NCBI GenBank assembly: GCA_047495785.1
Contig: JBLDXI010000024.1
Span: forward strand, 4,898,001-4,962,000
Direction: 5' to 3'
DNA: 64,000 nt
From: Lepidodermella squamata
Lineage: Eukaryota > Animalia > Gastrotricha
In this document: positions 35,671 to 49,019 of the stretch, piece after piece
Layout: every line of letters starts with the position of its first letter
How positions within the stretch are numbered: position 1 is the stretch's first letter
The notes under the pieces: generated by a model
Seen by the model: only the letters and a program-made list of their open reading frames with translations
What the model was told of the DNA's origin: nothing
The model's database searches: none
Made by a program: the position numbers and the translations under genes

Positions 35671-37545
35671 TTTTGTGTGAAAAACTTGGAAAAAATGTGT
35701 TTTAGGCAGTGTGTTGTAATGATTTGAAATAACGTTATTGAATTGTGTGTTAAATAGGCCACGAGCCCGCCGTTACAGCTCGCGTGCGAAACAGATGGCT
35801 GTTAAAAGGGGTCAAAAATATGTTTCAGTTACGCTCGTATTCGGAGGTTGAGTAACATGCCGTAGTCGCGTGCCAAAAATGATTCGTTGTAAGGCAACGA
35901 AACCTAAACCTAGCAAACTTGGGCATCGATCCACCAATACCTTATCGAATAACGGTGTCCGACTTTCGATTGTCTTAATCAAGGCCAATAAAGTCTTGTT
36001 TCTTTCTGTCCAGGTTTGTACATCTGCGGCGATTTCGGCACACCATGGTTGTAGTCACCTTACAACAGCATAGTGACTTCAAATAAGTATGAGCATATGA
36101 GGTTTCTATTAGCTTTTAAAGGGTTCTGCCTCAGTAAAACTTGGGTTATGCTATTTCATGATTTCGCATGTCTTTACACACTGAGCATTCGATCATGTGA
36201 GCTGTGAGACGCGATAACTAAAAATGCAATCTGTTAGGGTTCTAGATCTAAGGGAATGAAATAAAACCAGCAGTAACAAAAGTAATCACGTTGTAACGCT
36301 CATCGAGTGATATTTTTTATTCGTTTTTCATCATTGTCGTCTTTTCAGGCAGTTTTGCTGTTTTCATTGATGTTCAAGCATCGTCAAATCAAAGTATGTA
36401 TCAAATAATAGCAGTACGTTTTAACAATATTATAGGGTCAGGCTGTGAGGATATTATAGGGTGGTCACATGATTAGTTGGATCATAGGCTGCATTTGGTG
36501 AAAAAACCGCTGAAAAACTCAAAGCAGCACGAAAATCGAGTGCGAAAGCGAAAGATGTTAAAAATTATCGGGACGGGAGAAAAACTAGCCGCCTAACTAG
36601 CCGTTTATAGGTTAATCCTGCTCCCAATTTTTCCCACGATTATTATTATCCGGTTTTTTGTCCAGGGCAGAGGTGATGATGATATTTTGCAAAAAACGAC
36701 AACGCAGTGCTGGGGGTTGTTTTAAATAAATATTTTTTATTGAGTAATTGAATTAATTAATTGAATATCAGCAGTCTCAAGGCGCACTCCTAATATTAAT
36801 TAATTAATTATTGTTTTTTTGTCATAGATTTTTCTCGCTTGATTTTGTACACTTTTACACAGAAATAGACATTTTTCGAACATGTCAGCTAGAGAATACA
36901 GGTGTAATTATAATAATTAAAATAGCTTTTGATTAGTTAATGAATCAATTAATTAATTAGGAACACAGATCGCGATTATAAATGACAGAAGATTGTTCGT
37001 AACAAATAAACCGTATTCAATAAGCAACGCCAGCAACATCAAACAACAACAACAACAACAGAACGTAAAAAATATACATTTAATATCGAGTTATAATATT
37101 ATGGTCAGCGCTTAATTGTTTTTTTTCAATCCTTAATTGATTCGCCTGAATCCATCATCATCAAAGCCACCTTTTTTTATCGACAGAAAGATATGCGTGA
37201 TTGATTTTGCGTATACAATTATTTGAACTCAGAGTCAATTAGGACAAGGATGAAAATTAAAACTAAAAGAAGAGAAGACATTTGACGATGCTTTCACACA
37301 GCTTTTTTGATTGGCGAGCATTATTATTTTGTCGAAGACAAATATCTAAGCGATTTTCGTCACATTTAAAGGATAGATGATTAGGCAAAGTATTATTATT
37401 TGCTGTTAACTTGTTTATCTTTTGTTTTAAACGATGAATATCAGCAGCTGTTCCGGTTGGGTGAGTTTTTTGTTTGTTTTATATCAGTGGTGCGTATCCA
37501 GTGTGTGTCCGGCAGTATTTCGAAGTCAATCGAGGGCGAGTCGGT

Positions 37546-40500
37546 TTAAAAATCGCTCCAGATCGGCGTGATTTTAAGATCAGCACCGTGCCGGGTGCCG
37601 CCGAACACCATGCCGCGTTGCGAGGCGCCCATGTTGTAGCCAGCCTAGAACACATAACCGCAAAGGTTAAAACACAATCTGCCAAGTAGCCATTTAGCTC
37701 TTAGTTTAATAACCATGCCCGCCAATGGTTATTCCAGTCGAAATTTTCAAATTTAAAATTTGCATCAATATTCTTGTGAAAAATCCAACTCGCTAAATGA
37801 CTCTATGGACTGTTTCGCTCAAATGCTGCGCTAAGAGGGTTCAAATTTCAGGTTCAAATGAAAATTATGGACCTCAAAGATATAATCTTTCTTCCTTTTG
37901 AATTGAAAAATGAGAGTTTAAAAAACGTCTAAGAGACGCATGGAAGCAGTATTTCCCGCTAATCCATCATTTCCAGATTTAACCTTGAATAGCGGATATA
38001 GGGAGAATTCGAAATTTCGACCAAGCAAGTTCAGAGCTACATCGAGTTGACGAATTTTTGCGTCTCCATTCGAAAAATTCGTTGCTACTCGGAATGCAAT
38101 CAATTTTAAAATTTCAAACGGATGGAATTTCCCTCATTTTTCTGAAATTTTTTCTTAATAATTTTTCTAAGCGTCATTTCAAAATAAAAATCAAAGAAAA
38201 TTGAACATAATTGTTGTTTATAGTAATTAAATTCGAAAACTCGGAAAAATAAAAAAATTGAGAATGGAATAATAAATTCTCTGAATAAATGGAATAATGG
38301 AATGGGATAAATGGTAAATGGAATAAGAAGTCATTTCGAATTATTTTATTGGAATTTTCACAAATTTCCTGAATTATTTTCTGATTTTTTAGAGTTTTTT
38401 CAATTTTAAGTAACGAATATTTCGGATTTATTTCTGAGTTTTGCGAAACTGAAATGACTGACGTGTTGGATACTGAAATTTTGCTAAAAAAAAAACTTAT
38501 CCAATTTTCTGAAATTCGATTTTGGAAATGTCTCTTCTGTTTTTCAATCATGTTTCTCAATCGAAGAAATCTTCATATCTTGCCAGAGTATGCCTGCCAG
38601 ATCCGGCTTCAAAGGCGCTATTTCTTACCAAGATCCAATCAAGATCTTATGGAATTTAACGTCTAACCTTGCTCTTAATTAGATCTTAGCAAAAAGTGGC
38701 TAATCCGGATGAATCTATATTAAAAAACTAGCGGAATGAAACTTGGAGTGAGATCAGAAACTGATAGGAAAAATGCGCATCCCCAATAAAGCATAAGAGT
38801 GTCGATTTTCCGACTGATTCGCCCATTTGCTGAAATATTTAAAAATTCGATTTTTCGGCTTTACAAAAGAAAATCCGTTAATTAGGGACTAAGCTCTCAA
38901 TTCACGTCACCCGAGATTCAATCTTTTAGGAAACATTCGTATCGGCTTCCCATTCCAATATTGTTCGGGAAATGACGTTTTTTCGATACGAATTCGGTTT
39001 CGAATTTGGAACTAGTTAAAAAGGTATGAAAGACTGTTTACCTGGAGAGTGATGATGCCCTCGCTAGCCTGAGCGTGCTGGTTCGAGTTTTTCTTATCGG
39101 CAACGTCGCGGAAAGAGCCCATGGCCATGCCCTTCTGGCTGGCGAACTTGTTCGTGCCCGAGATGGTCGGGATGATGGCCTGGCTCTCCTGCGAGATGTC
39201 GTGCAGCTGGTCGCCCAGCTTGCCGCCCACAATGTCGCGGAACCCGCCGATCGCCATGCCCGACTGGTTCGCGAACTTGTTGGTACCGCACTGCAGCGTC
39301 AGAATGGCGGAGGATTCGCGCGATGGCTCCGTCGCCTCGCGAGTCGTCAAAATGTCGCGCTTGCTGCCGATGTGCATGCCCGACTGGTTGGCGAATTTGT
39401 TGGTGCCCGACTGCAGCGGGATGACCGCCTCGGAACCGCCGGCCGCCGCTTCGCCCTTGAAGTTGACGTCGCGGAAGCCGCCCATCGATGACATGCCCGA
39501 CTGGTTCGCGAACTTGTTCGTGCCGGTTTGCTGCGTCAGGAAACCTTCGCCGGCCTTCTCGCCGTCAGGAAGCTGTAAAAATAAATGCAAAAAATTAGGA
39601 CTCGTTAATTTTATATGCAAATAAAAATAAATTCTCACTTTCCCAGGTTTTAAGGTAAAAAATGATAGAAAATCTAAAGATTTCGAGTTCCATAACGAGA
39701 TATCGAAAAACTAATGCGCAAAATGTAAATTGCTTTACTTCGCTTTGGGTGAAAATTAACGCTTAGGGGCAAAGGTCACAACTCTTGTTTTCAGTATGGC
39801 CGCATATCATTGAGTTTTCATAAGAGCGGTTCGGTGGTGTAGTGGTTATCACATCTGCCTAACACGCAGAAGGTCGCCGGTTCAATCCTTTTTATTTATT
39901 TTTATTTTTATTTTGTTTTTTTTCAGATTTTTATTTTCTAAAATTGATAAAAAGGAATCATGGGATCATTAAAACAATTTTGTTTACAAAAATTTAAAAA
40001 TTGTTAATTATTAATTTCGTTTACATTTAACCTAAAATTTTGCCAAAAATTAACAAAAAGTAAAAGAAATTTGATGTTCAAAAGATAATAAAAAAGCTCG
40101 TGATTCTTCGTTATTTCTTACTGATTCGATAAATCTGCGGGTTATATGGCGGAAATTTTGAACAGGTAACGGAACCAAATTTTCGAAAAATAATTCGAAT
40201 GGGAATTTTATGAAAATTGTAAAAAAAATCCAAATAAAGTACCATAAAATTCTGAGCACGATTTAGGCAGAAGGCCTGGTTACCTATTTGCTATTTGGAG
40301 AACACGGTGTAATCATGATTTAGAAAAATCATCCGAAAATATAATTTTTAATAGTTTAAAATTTAGGTGCCGGCTCCGCTAAATAGGCATATTCTAAAAG
40401 AAATTTGTTCTCCACTTGAACAAAATTAGAGCAAATAAAAAATTCGGTTAGGCGAGATAAAAATTGGCAAACGAAATCGATTTTCATTTGTGTCCGAATT

Positions 40501-43500
40501 TAGCCGACATTCGAGGGCCCAACATTTTATATGGCTTTTACAGGTGAGACTTTTTTAATCCAAAAACCGAAAATTCGACTGAAATTAATTTTGGGACAAA
40601 GTTTGCTTCAAGACTGGTAGTTGGGCAGTAGTTAGTGAGCGGCTTCGATCGCTTGTATAATATATTCGAGGCCTAGTCCGGGAATCGATCACACCAATAA
40701 TAGCCATTTCAGAGCTAAGACCTATTAGCGGAGCCGTGACCTAGATCAAGCGACCCACGTGACCCAAATACTTGAATATCGCGTTTACTGCTAAAGGGTC
40801 TAAATATTTCCACCATTAAAAATGAGGTTCCAGCACTAAATTTGAGCTTTCTGGCACTAAATTTTTCAGATTCTTTGCCATTTCAGTTTTTGATCGATAT
40901 TTTTTTATTATAGCTACATGGTGCCCTAAGCTACGGAGAAAAATTATCGATCTTAGGTTTCAAGACGGCTGATATCGGGAAAATCACTGATTTGTGAAAT
41001 CGGTACTTGGAATCGATATAGGATGAAGTATAATTCGTAAGAAACTGACCGCTCTGAGTGCAAAATGCGCGTAATATGAAGGTCCATCGATTGGTCATGA
41101 TAACAAACAAATCTGAGATTCTAGTGAAGACTAGAAATTCGAAAACCCATATTCAGGGGAGATCTAGAGCTGGAGTCTCGAATTTAGTGCCCTAAATTTA
41201 GGGTGCGCTCTTGGCACGCCCATTGCTAAAACAATATAATATGCTATTGTAATTCATAAGAAGGTCTAGCGTTAAAATCCACCAGGCCAGACGGTCAAAA
41301 CTCCACGAATTCGATGTTTTTGCTTTTACGGAGAAAAGCGAGACCCATAGATGAATGTTCATATTAGTTCAAGGTCATAGGTCATCGAAAACTCACGTGT
41401 TTGTCGTAGAGAGGCCGGAAGCCGCCGATGAACATGCCCGCCTGCGTGGCGTACCGGTTCGTGCCCATCTGCAGCGACAACACGCCGTTGGACTCGCGCG
41501 ACGGTTCAACGTGCGTGTCGCCGCCGTGCCGCACCGCGCCGAACGCCTGCATGCCCGTCTGACTAGCGAACTTGTTCGTACCGAGCTGCGACGGGATGTA
41601 CGTCTCGGACTGCTTCAGCTGCTCGAGCGTGAAGCCGACGTGGTGCGCCTCGTGCGGCTTCGGGCCGCACACGGCGCCGCGGAAGCCGTGCCGCTGCGCC
41701 TCCGAGCCGAGCATCAGCAGGCACGTGATGACGGCCGCCATGTTGCGGCCCTCGTACAGGTCGACGGTCTGGAAGAGGCTCGTCTTCGCCACGCCGTAGC
41801 ACTCGGCGAAGTTCAGGAACAGGTCGATGTTCTCCATCTGCTGGAACGGCGCGCCCGTGTCCTTGGGCACGAGCCGGATGTCGCGGCACGCTTCAGGCAG
41901 GTTCGGCGTGCCTTCCGCCAGCTTCTGGCAGATCCTGAAATAAATAAAGAAAAAATTATCATTATCATTGCTTTATTCGAAAATTCCTATATTACAATAG
42001 AATTTGTTTAACAAAATTGAAAAATGTACCCATGTTCCTGGAATTTTCGACTGAAACTTTTTCTTACTGATTAAAGGAAAATCTTCCGCTGGTACCAAAT
42101 TTCTTTTTTTCAACTGGTTAGGGTTAGGGTTAGGATTAGGTTAGGGTTGGAGGCTGGGTCTTGAAATTTGAGATTTGGAACTTATTGGAATAATTTGGTA
42201 CTGAATTCAACAATTCGGTAATGATTTCACAATATCCCCTGATTAAAAGCTTTCAATTTTCAAATTCCCAGTCAACATTTTTTGATAATTTTCTAATTTT
42301 CATTTGCCACGCGGTAATTAAGTCCAGCATGCTAAAACGTAATTTTACACCTATTTTTTGAGATTCAAATTTTTTTAAATTAGCAAATAACAATGGGGAG
42401 AGCGCTTTCTACCGTCAAATTTGGACGTTTCATCATAAATTTAGGGTTTTTTGCTAATGAAACGGAAACCGCCATGAACTCAGGTAGTTGAGGTTCTTAA
42501 GCAATTGCATGAGCTGAATCTTCACAAGGTTTCTGAAATTAGCCACGAGGTAGAAGAACGCAAGAACGCAAAATGGGGGAAATAACTTCAATTGTGATGA
42601 ATTATTCATTTGTTCCTTAATTTGTTGAAAATTAAAATGGGCTTGGATAATTATAATCCAAAAATTACGAAAAATTAAGGATAACTTCGCGAAATCTGAG
42701 TTCGTCGTCCTTCTCCGGTTAGGAAAGCTCGATTTCGATTTCTGTAAAATTGCTAGAATCTATAGCCTGCCCCATTTTTGCGGGCTATTTATTCATCATT
42801 CATCACCGATTATACCAAGGAATTCAAAAAATTTACCGGAAAAATTCGGAAAAGCCCGATGGTAATTGGTTGTGAATAGTTTTCGGTATTTCACCTGGTT
42901 GATATCAATTTCTCCAGATTTTTTCAGGATTTGGAATTTTCTGGCCACGAGATGTGATTTGGCGTCTCAGTCTGGACCTCGCGATCTCTTTACCGCGAAT
43001 TATCCTAGGTCGCTGTAATTCAATATAATTTTCCCAAATTCTTGAATAATTAAATTTTGGATGCGCCTTCACTCAAAACTGAGTAATCTAGTTTTCAACT
43101 TGAACTGTAACTCACTTGACGAGGATGACGCCGCTCTTGAGCTCCTTCTCAACAGCCGCCATGCCGGTCTGCATCTGGTGGCCGAGCAGTTGCGCGACCC
43201 ATTCGCGCACCTCAGCCTCAGCCTTGTTGCTGTACTTGGCCGCGATCTATCCGAAAAATCACGAAAAGAACAATAATTAGCGCCTTCGTCAATAATTATC
43301 ATTATTATTTGCCAAGCACTTGACGCGTTGCTATAACGCGAAGAAAGCGTGAAAAAGCGTAACATGCGCGACACAACCAGTGAAGCGTGACTCATCGTTG
43401 AGGGTCGTACCTTACTAATGTAAACACGTGCTGTCATTCCGTTCGTTCAGTCACTCAATGTCGTGCAATTAATTAACAAATAAAATACCTAAATTGAGTA

Positions 43501-43658
43501 ATTAATCATTTTGTCACATGCAGGGTGAAACAAAATTAAATGGAAAAAAATTAAATTAAAAAAAATCAGAAAGTTCACGCCCATGCGCCGCCTCGAGTCG
43601 AACTCACTCGTCCAGCAACTAGACGCTGATCGCCGAAAAAACCAGGGTTAAACGCCAT
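37546..43658 (-). CDS. Calponin family protein (CH domain + 7 calponin repeats), 449 aa. Exons 43658-43608, 43246-43116, 41934-41397, 39572-39042, 37644-37546
   Basis: IAAKYS..E.E.REW..LKSGVIL, FQQMENI..F..YGV..LFQTVDLYE (CH domain); repeats of LQxGTNKFAxQxGM; all junctions in frame. Confidence 0.9.
39828..39888 (+). pseudogene. 3'-truncated tRNA-Val(AAC) in a calponin intron
   Basis: ggttcggtggtgtagtggttatcacatctgcctAACacgcagaaggtcgccggttcaatcc followed by a T-rich tract; acceptor 3' strand missing. Confidence 0.8.
40960..41205. repeat. Interspersed repeat, copy 2 (see 3958-4195)
   Basis: Shared blocks as in copy 1; boundaries approximate. Confidence 0.65.
42116..42149 (+). repeat. Short degenerate (TTAGGG)n-like tract
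   Basis: ggttagggttagggttaggattaggttagggtt. Confidence 0.6.
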
Positions 43659-46535
43659 CGTTTCACCGCTGCGAAATTAGGTCACGCAGGTAATATAATA
43701 ACAGCAAAAAATCAAAATTTAATTAAAACCTAGAAAATTGGCAACAATTTCAATTATTTTAAAAAGCTTCACATTTTTCTAGAAAATTCCGGAAAATAAA
43801 AGTTGAAATGGGTGGAAATTAATACGATTTTTTCAATTTTATTGTGGTAATTTCCGAAAAATCAGCAAATTCACGTGCATCAATGCCGTGATATCCAGGT
43901 GAATTTTTCACCTCTCGCGCCCGAATGGTGGGCGTAATATTTGCATTCCTTGATTTCTCACCTACATAATACCATCATAACGCACACGCAAAAATACAAA
44001 AATATTATTAGCAATATATTTATTAAAACGGCGGCCAAAAAATTGCGCGCGCGCGCAAGTTATCGCGCGTGCGAGAAGCCGGTTATACGCGCATATTATA
44101 TTATAATAAAACTGGGAGCGGTTTTTCGGTTTTATAATAATTATCGGCGACTTCTTCCGAAATCGATAGTGATTATACGCACACACCTAATAAAAACAAA
44201 GCATCACGATGATAATATAAAAGACGCGCGATTTTTCCGGAAAAACGACGAGCCACGGATCGAATCGATAATAAAATAATAATAATATTTATCGCTCGGC
44301 ACAGGCCAAGCGTGGTATACCTACGTATAATATGTAACAGCGGTAGGTAAAGATATACACCTTTTGTCCAGTTGTGTTATACTACTATAAAAATGGCGGG
44401 TAGAAACGGTGGCTATATGGGGGAAAAAAGGCTTCGAAATCGGGACCAGACCCGCCGGCTAATAACAAAAATAGGGTGCGCTATAGCCGGCGCCTAATGC
44501 GGCGCGTGTTGAAAAATTGAAGGCGCATGCACGCTAGGTAAAGTATATGTGAGGCACTCAAATGAAAATAATAATAATAATAATATTAAAAGGATAATAA
44601 CAAAGATCGCGCGCGCGTTAGGTGAGCCGAAGCGAGGCGAAATGATGCGCGTTCGATATGTGAGGCGTAACGGTCAAGTGACCACCTGGACATGACCTGG
44701 AAAATGTCACTTTCACCTTTTAGCAAAATATTTCGCAAATAAAACCCGATTTCCTAGTTTCGGACAGAACTTCAATTTAACAAAAAAAATGATTAACATA
44801 TTTTCACAGGCGAAAAGATTAATTTTTCTTGAAATTGAAAAAACTGAAAAATTCTATGTAATATATGATCTTGTTTCCGACTTATTCTCGAAAAAATCAG
44901 AAGTCTGCATTTTTTGCATTCGCCCTGCATGGCTACAGTTCGCATATTTCTGACATGATGGATTATATATTATGCTTATGGAGATACATTCATATTATGC
45001 AGGCAATAAAAACAAGACGCTTTTTATTAGCGTTCCTGTTATAATATGGCGCAAAAAATCCAGAGGCGGTCATAAAAATCAGGTTGCAAATGCACGATTC
45101 GAGAACGTTTGAAACTTCAACATATTTTCCAGAATAATGATAACATTTTCCGAGGGAATATTCCGGAAACATTCCCAGCTTTCGACTTTCATTCAAGAAA
45201 GGAGGTTATGCGGAAAATTTTGAATATCCCAAGTCAAAAATTTGATCCAAGGAAACAAAAAATCTTCAAAATAGACAAAAGTCGGAAAGGAGGTCAAATT
45301 AAAATATTTTTGTACCTAAAATTGCTGAAAATGTAAGAAAAATTGTTTGATTCTAGAAAAATTTGAACCGCGGCTTCAAATTATATCTGGCTCGTGAAAA
45401 CCAGGAAAAAAAACTGCCTTCAATCTAGCAAACATTCATCTCTCAATTGTGATGGAATGATCTCGATCTGATGCAGGTGCCGTCGAAGTAACAGATTTGA
45501 CATCGGGAGAAATGGGGGCAATCTTGAACCACGGGGAGAAATTTTGGAGGGCACGCGAAAAATTGTCACCTTAGACCGGGTTCAACGAAGCGTGTCGAAA
45601 GGCAGTAAAACGGAACGTTTAACACGAAGCGCTCGCGCGACTCGGCAACGCTCAGAACAGCACAGAACAGCAGCTGGCTCGTGTTTCGGCGGCAATATAG
45701 GCTCAATTATAGGCGGGCGATATACACGTATGAAACACAGCGTTACAGATACGTGTGATTCATGCGTGTATTATTGTTGTTTCACTTATAATATAATATA
45801 ACCAAGAGGCATAATAGCCTATACACAATACATTACGTATAAGCCGCGCGCGCAAAAATACCAGAGCCACAAAAAGCTACCGATAGATAGTTGGGCAAAA
45901 GATAAAGACGCGTACAACGCCCCGCTCCAATGCCTTCTTTATTATTATATTATCAATTGTATATACCATGAAAAGCGCGCTTGTGCGTGCGCGTGCTCGA
46001 GAAAAATTCCGCCTTAATAATACCGCAAAGCGCGCACTAATATAACAACGTTATAATATCCAGTGTGCGCCTTGGAACTATCGTTTTGAGCATATATAAA
46101 TAGGAAAATACCTACGTACCTACGTTATACCCAAGTCGCTGCCGTGTGTTTGCCCGTTCGTTTTTTTCCGCCGCAGGCCGCACTTAAGGTATGCGCGCAA
46201 TATTAATATAACCGCGCCAGGTATAACAAGAAGAAAAAAAATTCTACCAGAAGCAGCTCGTTTTATTGGCGCGCAAAAAACGCGACGCACTGCGCAGTGG
46301 AGCGGAAATGCCTATAACTGTAAAAACGATGATAATAATGATGATTACAGGCGGGCGGGCGGGCAGGCGGGCGAGCGGGTTAATTCGTTGCAGAAACCCG
46401 GCGCGCTCTGCAAAAAAATGCCTCCGCAAACACGGCTATGGTAATAAAAACAAAGAACTGGCCGGTATAGAAATAATTAGGTACCTATACCTTCAAGGAA
46501 GAAAGCAAAGACATATAGCCTTAAAACACAATTTA

Positions 46536-46685
46536 TCCCGCATTGACAAGTGAAAAACGTTAATTTTTGACGTATTTCAACTCAAATGCTGGATTAACAA
46601 GCGAAATGAGACGAATAAAATGATGTATAACACTTGAATTGGTTGGAAAAAAGTTGAAATGTCATTTTTCACTTGACAAGCGGGA
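46536..46685. mobile_element. Putative ~150-bp MITE
   Basis: tcccgcattgacaagtgaaaaa ... tttttcacttgacaagcggga, plus inner atttcaact/agttgaaat. Confidence 0.55.
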
Positions 46686-47059
46686 CTGGTATCAGCAGTG
46701 AGGCCTTTCATCGCGCTTAGTCATTAAACTGCGTGCGAGTGCTGGAAAAAAAGTGATCGGTAAACGATGGTGTAATAAAGCGGCTACTAGGGCGCGGGCC
46801 ACTTCACCTGACGTTGAGTAATAAATGGCTAGTAATTAAAAAAATGCCGCAGAAAAGCGAATGCTACAAGTGATTCGTCGCTATGACGGCTCAAGGTCTG
46901 GGATCTATAGCACCCTGAAATCCACTGTTGTGGGCTGAAAGACAGCCGGATCTGATAAACCTTCATAAAAATGAAAAGATGGCTCTTCCTTGAGATTAAA
47001 AAACCAATGAAAGACAGCTGAAGTTGATGATATGAAACGAGGACAATGAATGGGAAGAA

Positions 47060-47494
47060 ATGAGCGAGAAGCTACCCTTTACTGTATGCCACGGCACGCG
47101 GCAGAGTGCACACAGCCCCCGCACGTCTGGAGTTCACAGAAGTGAGGCGAAGTCGAACGCTGGGCAAATGAAACTAAGAAATGTGGGAATAACGTTGGGG
47201 CCCAAGCCCGATTTCGGCCCGTACGCATTCAGGCCGGCCCGTATGCGGTCGGGTAACAGCGCTTTGCCACTCCGCGCTCGGGATTCTCGGCCGGACTTGG
47301 GCTGTCCTCTGTCCTAGTGAGGAACTTCTGAATCTTTCCAAAGTGTTGACCTGATAGCCGCCCCAGTAATCGTCGCTCTCCGCGCTCAGGAATCATGTCG
47401 ATGACCGAGCGCGGCGGACAACAATAGACTTGTCTGCCTATTGCTCTCTCCGCCTCACTCGGATCGGCACATGCCCTTGCCTGGGTTCACTCAT
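47060..47494 (-). ncRNA. Candidate structured non-coding RNA (~435 nt), family unassigned
   Basis: At least 8 nested helices; ~10 positions are G-U on the minus strand but A-C on the plus strand; CCAAT box upstream. Confidence 0.55.
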
Positions 47495-47559
47495 GCGGTT
47501 TTGTTTGAATTCATTCAATTTAGCACATTTCCCCATCCGCCGGTATTTCCTCCACGCGC

Positions 47560-47670
47560 GCGCTCCTATTGGCTGGGCGTTGTTGCGCAACAACTAAGAT
47601 AATTACAGCCTTCGTGCGCGCGCGCACGGACGAGAGCAAAGACGACTGCGCCCTGCGCTGAGTCAGCGAA
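47560..47670 (-). promoter_or_regulatory. Candidate Pol II promoter (AGCCAATAG CCAAT box ~47566-47574; AP-1-like TGACTCA ~47659-47665)
   Basis: Motif matches only, 75-170 bp upstream of the structured element. Confidence 0.35.
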
Positions 47671-48231
47671 ATGCTTTCAAGAAAATAAAAAAGCTGAAAT
47701 TAAGGCAGATATTGTTGTCGAAAAACTTGACAAAATTTGGATTATCATGTATTCTGTTCTTATGTTACGTTATGTTTACCTATCGATTGAATAGAAAATA
47801 GAAAATAGTGCGCGTGCAAAATTCAAACTTCACCTAACAAATTGCGAGAGCGCGCACCGATGGAACGAGCTATTTTCGGTGAATTTGGGGTAATTTCATC
47901 AAAATATAGCTTGAGACTCTAACCATTTGATTATTTTCGCGCTACGTCGAATTGATTGAAAAATGTTTCTTGCCCTGGAAAGTTTGCGCGTTTGAAAAGT
48001 TACCGTTCATTACCGGAGCCGCTTATGTAGAAGTGGATGTAAAAATTTCTTAGAATGATCAAAACTCAAGCGCTTCTAAAAATGTAGAAAAATTGCGATT
48101 TCATAAAAGCGGCATATTATCATGATGAACCCTGGTGGCGCGATTTTGCTTGTAAATATTTTTGAGCGGCCTGTCGATTGTAAGGCATCATTATTTCTCG
48201 CATATCTATTTGCAATTTTTTGATCTATCGA

Positions 48232-48265
48232 TCTCCGCGCGTAGGTTCAAATCCTACTGGCGACG
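48232..48265 (+). pseudogene. 3' fragment of tRNA-Ser(AGA) at the array's left junction
   Basis: tctccgcgcgtaggttcaaatcctactggcgacg only. Confidence 0.85.
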
Positions 48266-48342
48266 ACAGTTATTTTTGCAATATAACGACTGAAAGTCAG
48301 TTCTGCAATTAGTCTCCATAATACAGTCCTCGCATTCATCAG

Positions 48343-48414
48343 GCGTCAGTGGTGTAACGGTCAGCATGGTTGCCTTCCAAGCAGCCGATCCGGGTTCGAC
48401 TCCCGGCTGACGCA
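48343..48414 (+). tRNA. tRNA-Gly(TCC)
   Basis: Cloverleaf and anticodon read by eye. Confidence 0.93.
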
Positions 48415-48501
48415 CACGTTTTTAGCTCACACGTTTGAGAGCAGCAAACGCATTGCTAGTGACGAGATGAAAGCTTTCCTTTCCAAAAGCAGCGTTCGAG
48501 A

Positions 48502-48573
48502 GGTCCCATGGTGTAGCGGTTAGCACTCTGGACTCTGAATCCAGCGACTCGAGTTCGATTCTCGATGGGACCT
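48502..48573 (+). tRNA. tRNA-Gln(CTG)
   Basis: Cloverleaf and anticodon read by eye. Confidence 0.93.
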
Positions 48574-48671
48574 TGATCGGTTTTTTCAAACAAACATAGC
48601 TGGAACTCAACAGCTGGAAACTTGCGATCATAATATTTGTTACCATTCAAACCTTTTCTTTCACTAGCCTA

Positions 48672-48743
48672 GGGGGCATAGCTCAGTGGTAGAGCGTCTC
48701 ATTCGCATTGTGAAGGTCTCGGGTTCAATCCCCGATGCCTCCA
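48672..48743 (+). tRNA. tRNA-Ala(CGC)
   Basis: G3:U70; U-U mismatch in the anticodon stem. Confidence 0.85.
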
Positions 48744-48833
48744 GTTGGCACTTTTTCGCGTAAATGTTGAGAAGTAACAGCCATAATACTGATGATATGA
48801 ATCGGAAATAAGTCTAAGCATGCGAAAAAAGAG

Positions 48834-48917
48834 TGTCAGAAGTGGGGTTCGAACCCACGCCCTCTTTCGAGGACCAGATCTTGAGTCTGGCGCCTTAGAC
48901 CGCTCGGCCATCCTGAC
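48834..48917 (-). tRNA. tRNA-Leu(CAA)
   Basis: Cloverleaf with variable arm. Confidence 0.93.
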
Positions 48918-49019
48918 CGTCTGACTGAATATTCAATTTGATTCAGATGAACCAGCGCGGGTTCAGCTTCGAGCATGCAATAAACCTCAAATCTTGTATA
49001 GGCTATACTTCATGTGACA

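Noticed and set aside
42116-42149. Chromosome-fusion or telomere site
   Set aside because: Only ~5 degenerate units inside an intron; a common simple repeat.
43900-46500. CArG/MEF2 muscle enhancer upstream of calponin
   Set aside because: Only imperfect matches seen; not supportable by eye.
47060-47494. Telomerase RNA, hammerhead retrozyme, SRP, or a firm RNase P/MRP call
   Set aside because: No CUAACCC template, no CUGANGA core, no SRP helix-8 motif; P4-like motifs are too degenerate to assign.
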